Made by a program: the position numbers and the translations under genes. Positions 12,673-35,163 of a DNA stretch of 64,000 bases are shown here, one piece after another. The notes under the pieces are model-generated. The model ran no database searches and was not told where the DNA came from. It worked only from the letters and a program-made list of their open reading frames with translations. Every line of letters starts with the position of its first letter. The stretch's first letter is position 1. This stretch comes from Azolla caroliniana (Eukaryota; Plantae; Polypodiophyta), in the NCBI GenBank assembly GCA_043228905.1, contig JBHGNT010000005.1, forward strand, positions 3,906,001 through 3,970,000. Reading direction: 5' to 3'.

Positions 12673-12910
12673 CATAGTGCGTAAAATTCGTGTTCGTTTA
12701 GCATAACATTCGTTTTCCTATGTTGGAAAACGAATGCGAATGTTATTCAAACATTCTTGTGTTTTTTCCCCCGTTATTTAAGGTTTATTTTTGTTTTTTC
12801 CTTTTTTTAGGTTTATTTACCTCATAATAAATAGTTTATCCAAAAGAATGGTATTTACCATTCTTTGATAGTGTTTACCATACACGAATGCACGTATGGT
12901 TCTTACTATG
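12673..12910 (+). mobile_element. hAT-type MITE (238 bp)
   Basis: Termini CATAGT...ACTATG with an 8-bp TSD gatctaag/gatccaag. A homologous copy lies in reverse orientation at 61067-61350. Confidence 0.8.
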
Positions 12911-14339
12911 GATCCAAGAATGAAAACTTGATTTTCCAAATAAGAGTTGTCAATGCCACTATTTGTTGCCCATCAAAATTATATGGGTTTGATTGCCATG
13001 AACATGTGAAAGTTTTTGATATGTAGAGTAAGTAGAATACAACCATGCACTACCAAGATTACACATACATGGCACATGCATGTAAAGTACACACACACAC
13101 ACGCACACACACACCATATATGACTAGTAATGCTAGTAGAGCCCTCACACTACTTCGCACTCGATCTCGCGAGTAGGGCTTCATCAACACAATGCCTTTG
13201 ATTCAAAACCTTACTTTCACACATAATTTTTATACCATAAATATTTTTTTCCTACACTACTTAGCACGTATGCATATCATGCTAATGACCTCATGATCTT
13301 GTGTTAGGGCTTAGATCTTAATGATAAGCCAAGTTTTTACCCACTTAGATTGAATCTCGATCTATGCTATTTTACTCAATGCCATTTGTGGAATGTAAGG
13401 GTTGAACATGTGACATGCTTGTCTCCATTGGACAACCATACCAAGTCCCCCCACCCTTCACATTTCACGAATTTTTAAATGTAACCATCAATTTTAGAAA
13501 AATATTGTCCACTTTGTACAAAAAATTTATTGAGAAGAGGGGTTATCTTTTTGAGATATTGGGGCGTTAGCAAACTAATGTTTTCATGTCTGATGGATAG
13601 ACCTGGAGTTAAGTCATACCTCCAAAAATTGTAGGAATATTGAGTTGGCACGTTTATTGGAGCAAGTGGAGATGCTCTGGACGGTGGAGGGTGGTCTTAT
13701 TGCTTTTTGGTGCTTCAATATATCACACCACCCATGTAGTGGTGACCTTAAACTATTTATAGTACCAATAAAGTGTGCCGATAAAATTATGTGTTTTGAT
13801 ACATCCGCACACACACAAAAATAGAGATAGATATAAATATATCATTATCATCTCAAGAGTGAGAGTGAGAGATAGAGAACACAGACAGAGTTTACAAAAT
13901 ACAAAATTGGGGAATGGGGTGGTGCTTGGATTTGGCGAATTTCATGCTTTGCTTTGTAAATATGTAAACATATGCATTAATTGCAAATATATACACATAT
14001 ATACCTACAAGGCTACAACATTGGTATATTCATACATAAACATTAAAGAATGCATGAACGTATATTGTGAACAACAACATCACAGGATGAAATTCTCAAT
14101 AAATTCCTAGAATACTCTTCGTTGTTTCTTATCGACGTAAGGGTCCCTTAGACTATTGTAAACCTACATGAACTTACTAAATTGAGTCAACAAGAAGTTG
14201 ATGGACGATTACCAATCTTATTGATTGCATTCTGGGTGAATGGACAATGGTGTTTTCCCGTAAGGCTCGTCCACGGAGGGTGAGAGTGAACTCCTAACGA
14301 TACACCAATCATTGACTCTTACCAAGTTTGGGATCAGCT

Positions 14340-14700
14340 CTCTGTATACGTATGACACGGTATGCTCAAGTATGTATGTATGTATGTATGTATGTTTGTG
14401 TGGTAATTGAAAGAGAAAAAGGAGGGGTATTTTTTTGGATGGAATTTGAACGTCAGGGGTATTTCGGTAATTAAAGAAAACGAGAGAAAAGAAAGAGAAA
14501 GGGGTATTTTTGGGGAATTGATGAGCGTATGTATACTCAGTCGTATCGTATTTAGATACGTATACGAATACGAATACGTATACGCACTTGCATATGTAGT
14601 CGTATACGTATGTATGCGCAGGTATTTTCCAACAGGAGGGAAGAAATTGGGTTTTTTTTTTGTGTGTGTGAAGGAAGCTTTGTTGCTTCGTAGGATCCGA
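14340..14700 (+). promoter_or_regulatory. Probable promoter of the ANTH gene
   Basis: Lies directly upstream of a GA-rich and TC/TCA-rich 5'UTR. It has three aggggtattt motifs (~14423, 14455, 14500) and a cluster of TACGTA/TACGAA CpG-retaining repeats. Confidence 0.4.
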
Positions 14701-15077
14701 TCGCGCAGAGAATCGTTAGAGACAGAAGCACAGAGTGTGAGAGAGAGAGAAAGAGAGATTGAGCAGATTTCTGAAATCTCCAGCAGCAGTGAGAATCCCA
14801 GAGAAAGTTCTGGATGGTCATCAGATCGGAGATAGGAAAGCTTCACAAGGAAGGAAAGAAGAAAGACGAGAAACAGGTGAAGGCAAATAATTTGATGCGT
14901 AAAGCTCAGAAAAGATCTTCGTCGTCATCATCCTCATCATTTTCATATTCATCTTCTTCTTTCTCATCATCGTCGTCTTCTTCTTCATAATCGTCTTCTT
15001 TCTTTCTCTCATTCATCATCATCACCATCATATTCTGCTGCTTTCTTCTTCGTTGAAGGAAGCTCAAAGTGAGAGTA

Positions 15078-25932
<10,855 letters not shown>

Positions 25933-27364
25933 AACAAAAGAGAGAAAGGAGCATTTTGGGTATACCCTATATTTGGTTGTATATGCACTATGATTTTATA
26001 TGATATAAGACCTTGCCCATTTCCTTTCCTGGCCAAAGGATTCTTATTTTGTCCATTTTGCAACAGAAGATTAAGGATATATGTATCATGTTTGTATTCA
26101 ATAAAAGCTAGTTTTCTGTTCTTTTGTACCAAAAAATAGACGGGAAACTATAGGAATTGGAGAATTAGTAGTGCGAAAGAACATGATGAAAATGTCTACC
26201 AGAGGCCAAAATCAGTTTAAAGTAAATCATCCTGAAGCGAATTCTGAGTTGTCCTTTTGTTTCTCTATGAATCCATGCTTAAAGTTCATGAATTATATTT
26301 GTAGTCTATCTTCCTCGGTGTGATTAGAGTCTTTTGCATATATATCCGAAATCTTGCTGCAATACCTCATGTCTTCCATCATTTTGGAGAGGGGTGTAAC
26401 ATCAAAAGGGTACGTTCTTGATGTTGAGGCAATTGTCGGTGAACCCCCTTTTGGTGGGAAGGTGACCATGGTTTCAAATAATCATTTTTTGGTGGGGGCT
26501 CTTGGAAATGTCCTTTGGATCATCTTTGTCATATAGTGCTCGACGAGGCAACATAATGCGAGTAACGTAAGGATGTGGTGATGATAGAGAAGGCTTGGAT
26601 TGGGGCTTGCATCTCTTTGACCTCAATGTAAGTGTTGATTTTTGCTTCAAATATCACTCTATAAAGTTTGGTTTGTGTGTTACCAATCCATTGGTTGGAG
26701 GGGATAATTGGCTCATGGATAAGCACAATTGTGTGCATGATCCATGTGTTGAGAAGACTCTCTAACAAGCCCCTATTGAACATGTGTGGAAGGATAGGGC
26801 AAGTGCATGTGGCATATATGAAGTACTCAGCTTTTCCACTTGGAAGGCTTGACATGCTATCTAAAATCAGGAAATCTAGATCTATTCATATTAAGAAGCA
26901 TATCGTCACTATAGTGATTGATCACCTCTATGGAAGAAGAAGGATTTTTTGCTAAAATGAAAGATTTGTTTTGCTCTAATGGTTTGATTTGCAATATTTA
27001 GCATTTCTCAGAGGTAATGGAGCCATTATTTCTACAATGTACAAGCGACTAATTAAGTTAAAGCTTAAAACATTCAATGCAAATACAAAAACTGTCTGTC
27101 TCGCTTAACCCTACTATCTATCTAACATTAAAATTCAAAACTACCCATAAAAAAACCTCAATTCAATTCTTGAACATTTTAGTTTTGAAGAGATCCCAAT
27201 CTTTGAAGAACTCTTACTTTCGGAGGTATCAATATTTTTGAAACCAACGAAGGTGGCTACAAAGTATTGTCTTGACTCTTTATATAAATAAAGAGAAGCT
27301 ATATTTATAATCGCCTAGCAATTTGTGATGGGAGCATGTTGCAACCATACCTTCATGTGAACTT

Positions 27365-28663
27365 ATGAGTACACACTCACACTCAGAAACAAGAAGACCC
27401 AATGCTTCATGGTTGTTGAACCCAATGGTCATGGTGGCTGTGGCTAATCTGAGATGCAAGCAGCAGATACTTTGCAATCTTCGATATAATATCCCTTCTT
27501 CTTCTTCTTCTTTTGTCGATCAATCATGGAATGTTATGCAGGTGAGATGCTTCAAAAGTATGCCAGGACCTCGTTCCTGCAGGCGAAAGATGATACTCGA
27601 GAAGATGCAACGAAGAAATAATGTTCAAAGCTTCCAAAACCTTATACAAAGCCAGAAAGCTCTGCAGCGAGTTTTGATTCTGAAGAAAGTTTTGGCGAAT
27701 CATCCTTTCCCATCCATGGAAGCTTCTGAGCTTGGAAGAGATGTCGATTCAAATGGATTCATGATGCAAAGAAAAGCCGTTCACCTTTTGGGGAAGTATC
27801 CGTCTATCTTTAAGATTTCAAACCACCCTCTTTGGGAGAGACCTTTTGTTCAGTTTACTGATGAAGCTAAAGCTCTTGTTGATGAAGAAAAAGAGGTTAT
27901 GAATTCGTATAAGCCCATTTTAGCTGAAAAAGTTGCAAAGTTGTTGATGATGTGTGTTGATAAAAGATTGGCTTTGGATCATCTTTGTCTTCTCAACCGC
28001 GAGCTTTGGCTTCCAGTTGATTTTCGATCAAAGTTCATTCATGAATATCCACAATTCTTTAAGGTTGTGGAAAGAGAGGGTATAACATATCTTGAGCTTA
28101 CAGAATGGGATGACTCCTTAGCAATAACTATGAGAGAATTAGACCTACATGAAAATCCTTTGCATAGCAAAACGGGAAAAAAATTACCTTTCGGTTTCCA
28201 GCTTCACTATGCACATGGCCACCGCCCAGGGTTGAACCAAAGGCAAGAGATGAACAAATGGCAAGAATTACCTTTCATCTCTCCATATGAGAATCCTGAA
28301 GGAACTAACTCGATGTCTTTGCAATATGGTAAGCGAGCTGTTGCAGTGCTTCATGAGTTTTTAAGCCTTACCTTAGAAAATATGAGTAGTGTTGAGGTTT
28401 TGGATGTAGTACGGAAGCAACTTTTACTTCCTTGTAGGCTTCTTTATTTTGTTCATAAGCACTATGCCATTTTCTATGTGGCTGAGAAGGGTAATATGCA
28501 TCCTGTCTTCTTAAAAGAGGCTTATAGAGCTATGGATCATCCCAAGAAAGTAGCACATTTGATAAAGAAAGCTCCTCAGCTAGAGATAAATGAGAAGTTC
28601 AAGCAACTTATGCTACTACCCCATGTTGCAGCCAAAATACCTGGTCTAGCAAGGAGAGAGTGA
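27365..28663 (+). CDS. PORR (plant organelle RNA recognition) domain protein, WTF1/RPD1-like, intronless
   Basis: 432-aa ORF with a transit-peptide-like N-terminus. PORR motifs include KYPSIF, FTDEAKALVDEE, KLLMMC, LPVDF...YPQFF, LELTEWDDSLA, WQELPFISPY, KRAVAVLHEFLSLTLE and IFYV...VFLKEAY. Confidence 0.9.
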   Translation: MSTHSHSETRRPNASWLLNPMVMVAVANLRCKQQILCNLRYNIPSSSSSFVDQSWNVMQVRCFKSMPGPRSCRRKMILEKMQRRNNVQSFQNLIQSQKALQRVLILKKVLANHPFPSMEASELGRDVDSNGFMMQRKAVHLLGKYPSIFKISNHPLWERPFVQFTDEAKALVDEEKEVMNSYKPILAEKVAKLLMMCVDKRLALDHLCLLNRELWLPVDFRSKFIHEYPQFFKVVEREGITYLELTEWDDSLAITMRELDLHENPLHSKTGKKLPFGFQLHYAHGHRPGLNQRQEMNKWQELPFISPYENPEGTNSMSLQYGKRAVAVLHEFLSLTLENMSSVEVLDVVRKQLLLPCRLLYFVHKHYAIFYVAEKGNMHPVFLKEAYRAMDHPKKVAHLIKKAPQLEINEKFKQLMLLPHVAAKIPGLARRE

Positions 28664-29169
28664 GGCTGCCAATATGTTCACAAACTAGAATAATCGTCTT
28701 TACATATGCTCACCTGGTCATTAAGCAAAAGGGAATGCACACCAAAAGAATTTTCTTTTCAAGTGGTGATTAAACTATACTAATGTAAAGTTGAGGACCC
28801 TTTTCATTGAAGAGATGTGAAGGGATGTGGCAATTCTTCTTTACTGGAATACTAGCCTTCTAGTTGACATGGGATCTTTCACCCAGGACCTTAAATGGCT
28901 ACTTTTAATGGATGATATTAATATGCAGAATATATGACCGTATTTTGTTTTTGACTTTAATTACATGTATTCACAAAACCATCAGCATCCATTCTAGAAC
29001 ATGTAATCTCTTATAAAACAGAATCTCAATATTTGATTCAGGCCTTTGAATGGAAGCCTGTATAACAAAGTTTGTACTTTCATATTGTGTTTATGAAGAC
29101 CAATAGTACAATTTGAGTTTGATGCTGTGAGCTTTACTTGCAAAACTGAGAAATAAGATGACTCCCATA

Positions 29170-30401
29170 CATAGATTGAGATATTCGCATTCGTGGGGCC
29201 TCCCCCACGAATACCAACGAATACGTATAAGAATATTTCTTCCAATATTCGTTAACTTTTTTTTTCCCCTTTTTTTTCCCTAATTTTTTTTTTGAAAAAA
29301 TGCATTCGACGAGTAGCGAATAGAGAAGAGCTCTGCCGGGAATAGCAATCAGCAATCAACAGGGAACAACATCAAACATCGGCTCCTCGGATCACAAATT
29401 TTCATTGAGCCATGGAAAATGAAGAAGCTTCTACACTTCCATGGCTCAATCAAGAAGCTCTTCGCAATCATTCACATTTTTAAGAGTTATATTTCCTCTT
29501 TGATCTGTGAAAGAGGAGTTTATATACATTATATGCAGAGTCTCATTTTATTCTGAAATAATCCATCGCTTAATGATAAATCTCGTCGAAGAATCATATG
29601 TATAATGGATTGGATCTTTCTTTGATCCCTGAGAAGAGGTTATGCAGAATTCATTATGTTGATGCATCTGGTGGATCACTTCCATTGTTTGGTGATGAAG
29701 ATTCTTGAAGAGTGATTCACGTGTACAGACCCGTGAAAGCTTGTTCAAGAAGCTCCTTGAAGAATCCTATGGTGTAATAATTTGATAAAATGTAAAATCT
29801 TGTTGAAAAGAATACTTGCATTCATGGATCGAAGATGAATCCACTTCTTGAGGAATCCTTCATCATTGATTGCAGATAGAATTATTGTTTGAATAAGAAG
29901 ACAGACGAGTCAAAAGAGATGAAAAAAAGCAAGAAATCAAGAACGACACTGAGCTTTTCACACGGTGAGGCTTCAGGAAGATCTTCAGATCAATCTCAAG
30001 CTGAAGTAATTGCTTCCATCATTTCAAAGCATCAGTTAAGAAAAGGACAAAGAGAAGGAAAAAATCATACCTCTAGTATACTTTCAAATACAGGAACTCT
30101 AAGGAAAAGGTCAAAGACAAAATCATCTAAAATCATCCATTCAGATGCATCAAAAGGGCTCATAATCGCTTTAATTAAAACTTTTCTTTCTTATGTTAGT
30201 GTGATTTTGAAGACCTTCCATTTTTCTATTAATTGGTGATTTTTCCTTTTTTTTTAAGTGAATTGAATAATTTTTATTATGTAAATTTATTTTCCATAAA
30301 CGAATGGTTTTATAATATTCTTCGAGCAATTTTATATTCTCGAATACTACGAATATTGCGGATGTCGAATACCACGCATATCACGCATGGTTCAATCTAT
30401 G
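29170..30401. mobile_element. Non-autonomous hAT element (1232 bp)
   Basis: TIR CATAGATTGA/TCAATCTATG with a perfect 8-bp TSD ctcccata (29162-29169 and 30402-30409). It has subterminal ATTCG/CGAAT repeats. Confidence 0.9.
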
Positions 30402-30410
30402 CTCCCATAT

Positions 30411-30650
30411 TAGCAATCGACAATGGTTTGGTTTGGTTTGAGCTTTTATTGGTTTTAACGGTTTTCGGTTGAAACAGTTTGACAGTTTAAGGTTGACATT
30501 TGATTTAATTTTCAAATAGTTTTTTGAATAATTTTTTAATAACATTTCCTTTTTAAATCTACTTTAGACATTTTAAGATAAATCTTTAAAATTTTGAAAA
30601 ATTAAAATCGAAAGATTTAAAATTGAACTTGGAAAACCAAAACAGAACCT
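30411..30650. mobile_element. Partial MITE related to 54468-54908
   Basis: The start tagcaatcgacaatggtttggtt matches the reverse complement of the 54908 end (taacaatcggcaacggtttggtt). It is GGTT/AACC-rich. Confidence 0.55.
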
Positions 30651-31340
30651 CTCAACCTATCTACAGGCATGCAAAGTGATTTCACATAAAAGAGATAGCA
30701 ACAACGTAGCACTACAATCGTCTCACTGACATTTGCCCAATACGTCAATAACATGGAGAATATATGGCAAAACACTTTGATTAGAAATGAGAACAATGTA
30801 TTGGTATGCCAGAATATTGAGTCTACGAATACAAATAATAATCATTATCCTATGCTCTAACATACAGCATACTGTCAATTGATAGTTTGGATTATCAGAG
30901 TATATTTTTAATAGTTGTATCATTCAATTTACATACATACCTGTTGATGAGAAGAGACCATCTTTACACACCTATAAACTACTACCCATAATGTTAAAAA
31001 TACTCCATAACACATTCACAGGTAATTTTTGAAATACAATGTTGTATCACCAAAGTTTGTTACAGCACAACAGAAGTAGTGAGGCATATGCCAAAAGCAA
31101 AGGTTTGGCTTATTAATTCATGAGATCAAACATTAATTTATGCTCAAAGGTTTGCTGCACACATTGTGAGTCACTTATACCAATAAAAGCACGAGGAAGA
31201 TGCAGCATTAAGCCAATATCTGAATCTAATAACACGATAACCAGCTATATCATATTCGAACACTAGAAAATGATGCTGCATATGTCCAAAGCAAAGATTT
31301 GGCTTTATTGAAAAACGGGAATACACTTCACAATTTACGC

Positions 31341-34300
31341 TCAATGGTTTGCTGCATATCTTTCATTAGACACAGCTTTCTTTCCATTTAACTTTTTCAG
31401 CTCATAACCAGATCGTCTCAATATCAAGGTAGCGGGCTCAAATGGACTGTCTTGAGAACTTTCAACCTACAGATAATGAGATAAATTCTTTCTAAACGAA
31501 AACATTATAAAAAAAAGGATGAACAGTAGTGTGTAGCAGACTGACCCCCAGTTTCACAGAGAAATTTGCTTGCCCAAAATCAAGCTACTCAGATAACTGA
31601 TCCTTAATGCCATCTTCTGAAATAAACATTGCAAAATCCCAATATTATATTTCAAGAACATGCATAAAATGGTATTGAATTTTGTAAGTATTCAGTTAGC
31701 TGCAGAAAAATAAACTAAACGATGCTCAAATGGCTAGGTACAAGCATAATCCTGTTTTAAAGAAAAATTTATGAAAATGTACGGGCATGACGATACCTTT
31801 CCAATGACAAAGCAGCTTATTGTTCACACGTTATTCAGATGAGCAGTAGAGCTAAGAATAGCTAAGTATTCATACAAGTAATATTATTGTCTAAGGCACC
31901 TTATTGTCCATACCTTATACACATGCAGGTTTTAATGAGCCAACAAAGTTAATCATATGTCAGAAACAGGGATTTATTACATGAAAGTAAAGTGTGTATG
32001 AAATAAAACATATGCTTACGTAAAGTTATGAAATTTCCATTGTTGACAAAGACCGAAATCATATTTCCCTGCCAAGGAAGTTATGGAAAGTTATTTGTTG
32101 ATTTGAAACAAATTGACCAAATACGATACATGCGATGGAACTTAATCCGTTCTTGTACTGGTGTTGTAATCATTTCTAGGGCGGTTATCAATATAATCAT
32201 TGAATGTACCAATTCTTATGCATTTCAATTTCATTTTGTTTATAGCAATGATAGTTTCCTTACTTTCCTGTTTCTATCATCCATGGGAGTGCACTCCAAA
32301 GACAGACGTGTGTCTATATCATCAGCAGTAATAGTATACTCGGGTTCTGCAGCACCTGTAAAAAAAAAAAGTCTCTTTAAATATTAGATAGGAAAACCAC
32401 CTTTAATTAAAGAGGTTAAATAACACCTGCAATATGGAGATAACTCCCATCTTTGTTGTGCCGCACCCACTGTTTAGAAAGACCAATGAAAAATAGCAAT
32501 CAATTTAGTCAATATTCTACTTCGCTATCAAATTAAAATCAATCATACATTTTCTACCTGAAAGTGACACAACGTAGTACCATTGATAGAAATACCAACT
32601 GCTCTAATTTTGTTTCCAAGGACTGCTTCCTCAGTTATGTGCAAACCTTCAATACCTGGTAAAGGGTCTGATTCTGTAATAAAAAAATTACTCTTGTAAC
32701 ACAAGTGATGAATTCATCTTTCTGTCTCTCTCAACATTAAGAATACAGTTTCGCATGATCATCGACAAAACATCAAAGCCAACGGAAAACGTAGCAATGA
32801 TCAGATTTTCAGTATTAATAACCATTATTTCAGATAATCTGTTTCAATACATCAAAACAGATAGGAACCCTATGTTTGATGTTACTGTCTGAATCAGCAG
32901 CAGAACAAACATATTCTGGACCAACATTTGATAATAAAAAATTAGCAAAAGAACTAGGCAAGCCATTACTGATCCTTAATGCCATCTTCTGAAATAAACA
33001 TTGCAAATCCCAATATTATATTTCAAAGAACATGGAGAAAATGGTATTGAGTTTTGTAAGTATTCAGTTAGCTGCAGAAAAACAAACTAAAAGATGCTCA
33101 AATGGCTAGGTACAAGCATAATCCTGTTTTACTGAAAAATTCATGAAAATGTACGGGCATCACGATGCCTTTCCAATGACAAAGCAGCTTATTGTTCACA
33201 CGTTATTCAGATGAGCAATAGAGCTAAGAATAACTAAGTATTCATACAGGTAATATTATTGTCTAAGGCACCTTGTTGTCCATACCTTATACACATACAG
33301 TTTTTAATGAGCCAACAAAGTTAATCATATGTCAGAAACAGGGATTTATTACATGAAAGTAAAGTGTGTATGAAATAAAACATATGCTTACGTAAAGTTA
33401 TGAAATTTCCATTGTTGACAAAGACCGAAATCATATTTCCCTGCCAAGGAAGTTATGGAAAGTTATTTGTTGATTTGAAACAAATTGACCAAATACGATA
33501 CATGTGATGGAACTTTTTCCGTTGTCGTACTGGTGTTGTAATCATTTATAGGGTGGTTATCAATATAATCATTGAATGTACCAATTCTTATGCATTTCAA
33601 TTTCATTTTGTTTATAGCAATGATAGTTTCCTTACTTTCCTGTTTCTATCATCCATGGGAGTGCACTCCAAAGACAGACGTGTATCTATATCATCAGCAG
33701 TAATAGTATACTCGGGTTCTGCAGCACCTGTAAAAAAAAAAGTCTCTTTAAATATTAGATAGGAAAACCACCTTTAATTAAAGAGGTTAAATAACACCTG
33801 CAATATGGAGATAACTCCCATCTTTGTTGTGCCGCACCCACTGTTTAGAAAGACCAATGAAAAATAGCAATCAATTTAGTCAATATTCTACTTCGCTATC
33901 AAATTAAAATCAACCATACATTTTCTACCTGAAAGTGACACAACGTAGTACCATTGATAGAAATACCAACTGCCCTAATTTTGTTTCCAAGGACTGCTTC
34001 CTCAATTATGTGCAAACCTTTAATACCTGGTAAAGGGTCTGATTCTGTAATAAAAAAATTACTCTTGTAACACAAGTGATGAATTCATCTTTTTGTCTCT
34101 CTCAACATTAAGAATACAGTTTCGCATGATCATTGACAAAACCTCAAAGCCAACGGAAAACGTAGCTATGAGCAGATTTTCAGTATTAAAAACCATTATT
34201 TCAAATAATCTGTTTCAAGACATCTTGACAGATAGGAACCCTATGTTTGATGTTACTGTCTGAATCAGCAGCAGAACAAACATATTCTGGACCAACATTT

Positions 34301-35048
34301 GATAATAAAAAATTAGCAAAAGAACTAGGCATGCCATTACTTAAACAGAGAAGCATAGCTCAGAGTAATCTCCATGTTCATTCTGACCTTTCAAAGGATT
34401 TTTTATTTTCTTTTGACGATAATTAAACCCCCGTGCTAGAATTTAAAGCACAGGAGAGATCAATTTTCTAAAGTATACCATCAGAATAACTCTCTTCATG
34501 AAGAGTAGGTAAATGTGGCTCTGTGTCATGAACTTGTCCTCCACGAATTGGATTTGAATCCTCATATGAATTGATTTGAGGATCATTTCTGGTGTGAAAA
34601 ACATGAAAGTTATGAGATTCGTTTGGCCTGCATAGAATTTCAAATGGAATAATATCAGTTGATTATCATCAGCGACAGAAACAGTGCGAAATGAAGCTTA
34701 CAATAAGGTGTATTACCTCCTAACATTTTCGGTGAAGTAATTAGGAGACTGAATGAGGGGGGAACTGGGGGAATCTGGTGTCTCAGCTTCCCCATACATT
34801 GGCACCATATCCAGCCCATGAGGTCCCTGTTATGATTCAAGATTTCTTATTAGTGAAGGTCACATATATGGCGACTTGAACCCTCGTTTCTAACAGGAAA
34901 TTTGCACTGTTCTTACTGGAGATGGAGGTGTTTGTAACCGTGGATGGATTCGTGAAGGTGAAGGAGCTTGCTGGGCTGATTTATATTCATCGTCTTCTTT
35001 GTCATAATCGTCTTCTTTCTTTCTGTCATTCATCACCATCGCCATCAT
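31341..35048 (-). pseudogene. Copy A of the 3' half of the A9/PH-like gene; Ig exons duplicated, premature stop, 3' exons deleted
   Basis: Exons are homologous to 50490-52737. There is a tandem duplication 31596-32967/32968-34341, a TAT>TAG change at 31585-31587, and a deletion at ~31355 that removes the last three exons. Confidence 0.75.
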
Positions 35049-35163
35049 ATTCTTCTGTTTTGTTTTTCGTTGAAGGAAGCTCAAAGTCTGCGTAGAGCCT
35101 TTCAAAGCAATTGTTCTCGTCAGATTTTGGTTTTGATTTTCCTGTTGTAAAGTCAATAAACCA

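Noticed and set aside
14137-14322. Possible Harbinger-like MITE (gtaagggtc...gactcttac)
   Set aside because: Only a 9-bp imperfect inverted repeat and no second copy in the window.
14334-15012. ORFs of 63-170 aa on both strands upstream of ANTH
   Set aside because: Low-complexity promoter and 5'UTR repeats with no recognisable domain.
32028-32387. 119-aa plus-strand ORF repeated at 33553, 40813 and 51261
   Set aside because: It is the antisense shadow of the minus-strand Ig-domain exons; recurrence is due to the segmental duplication.
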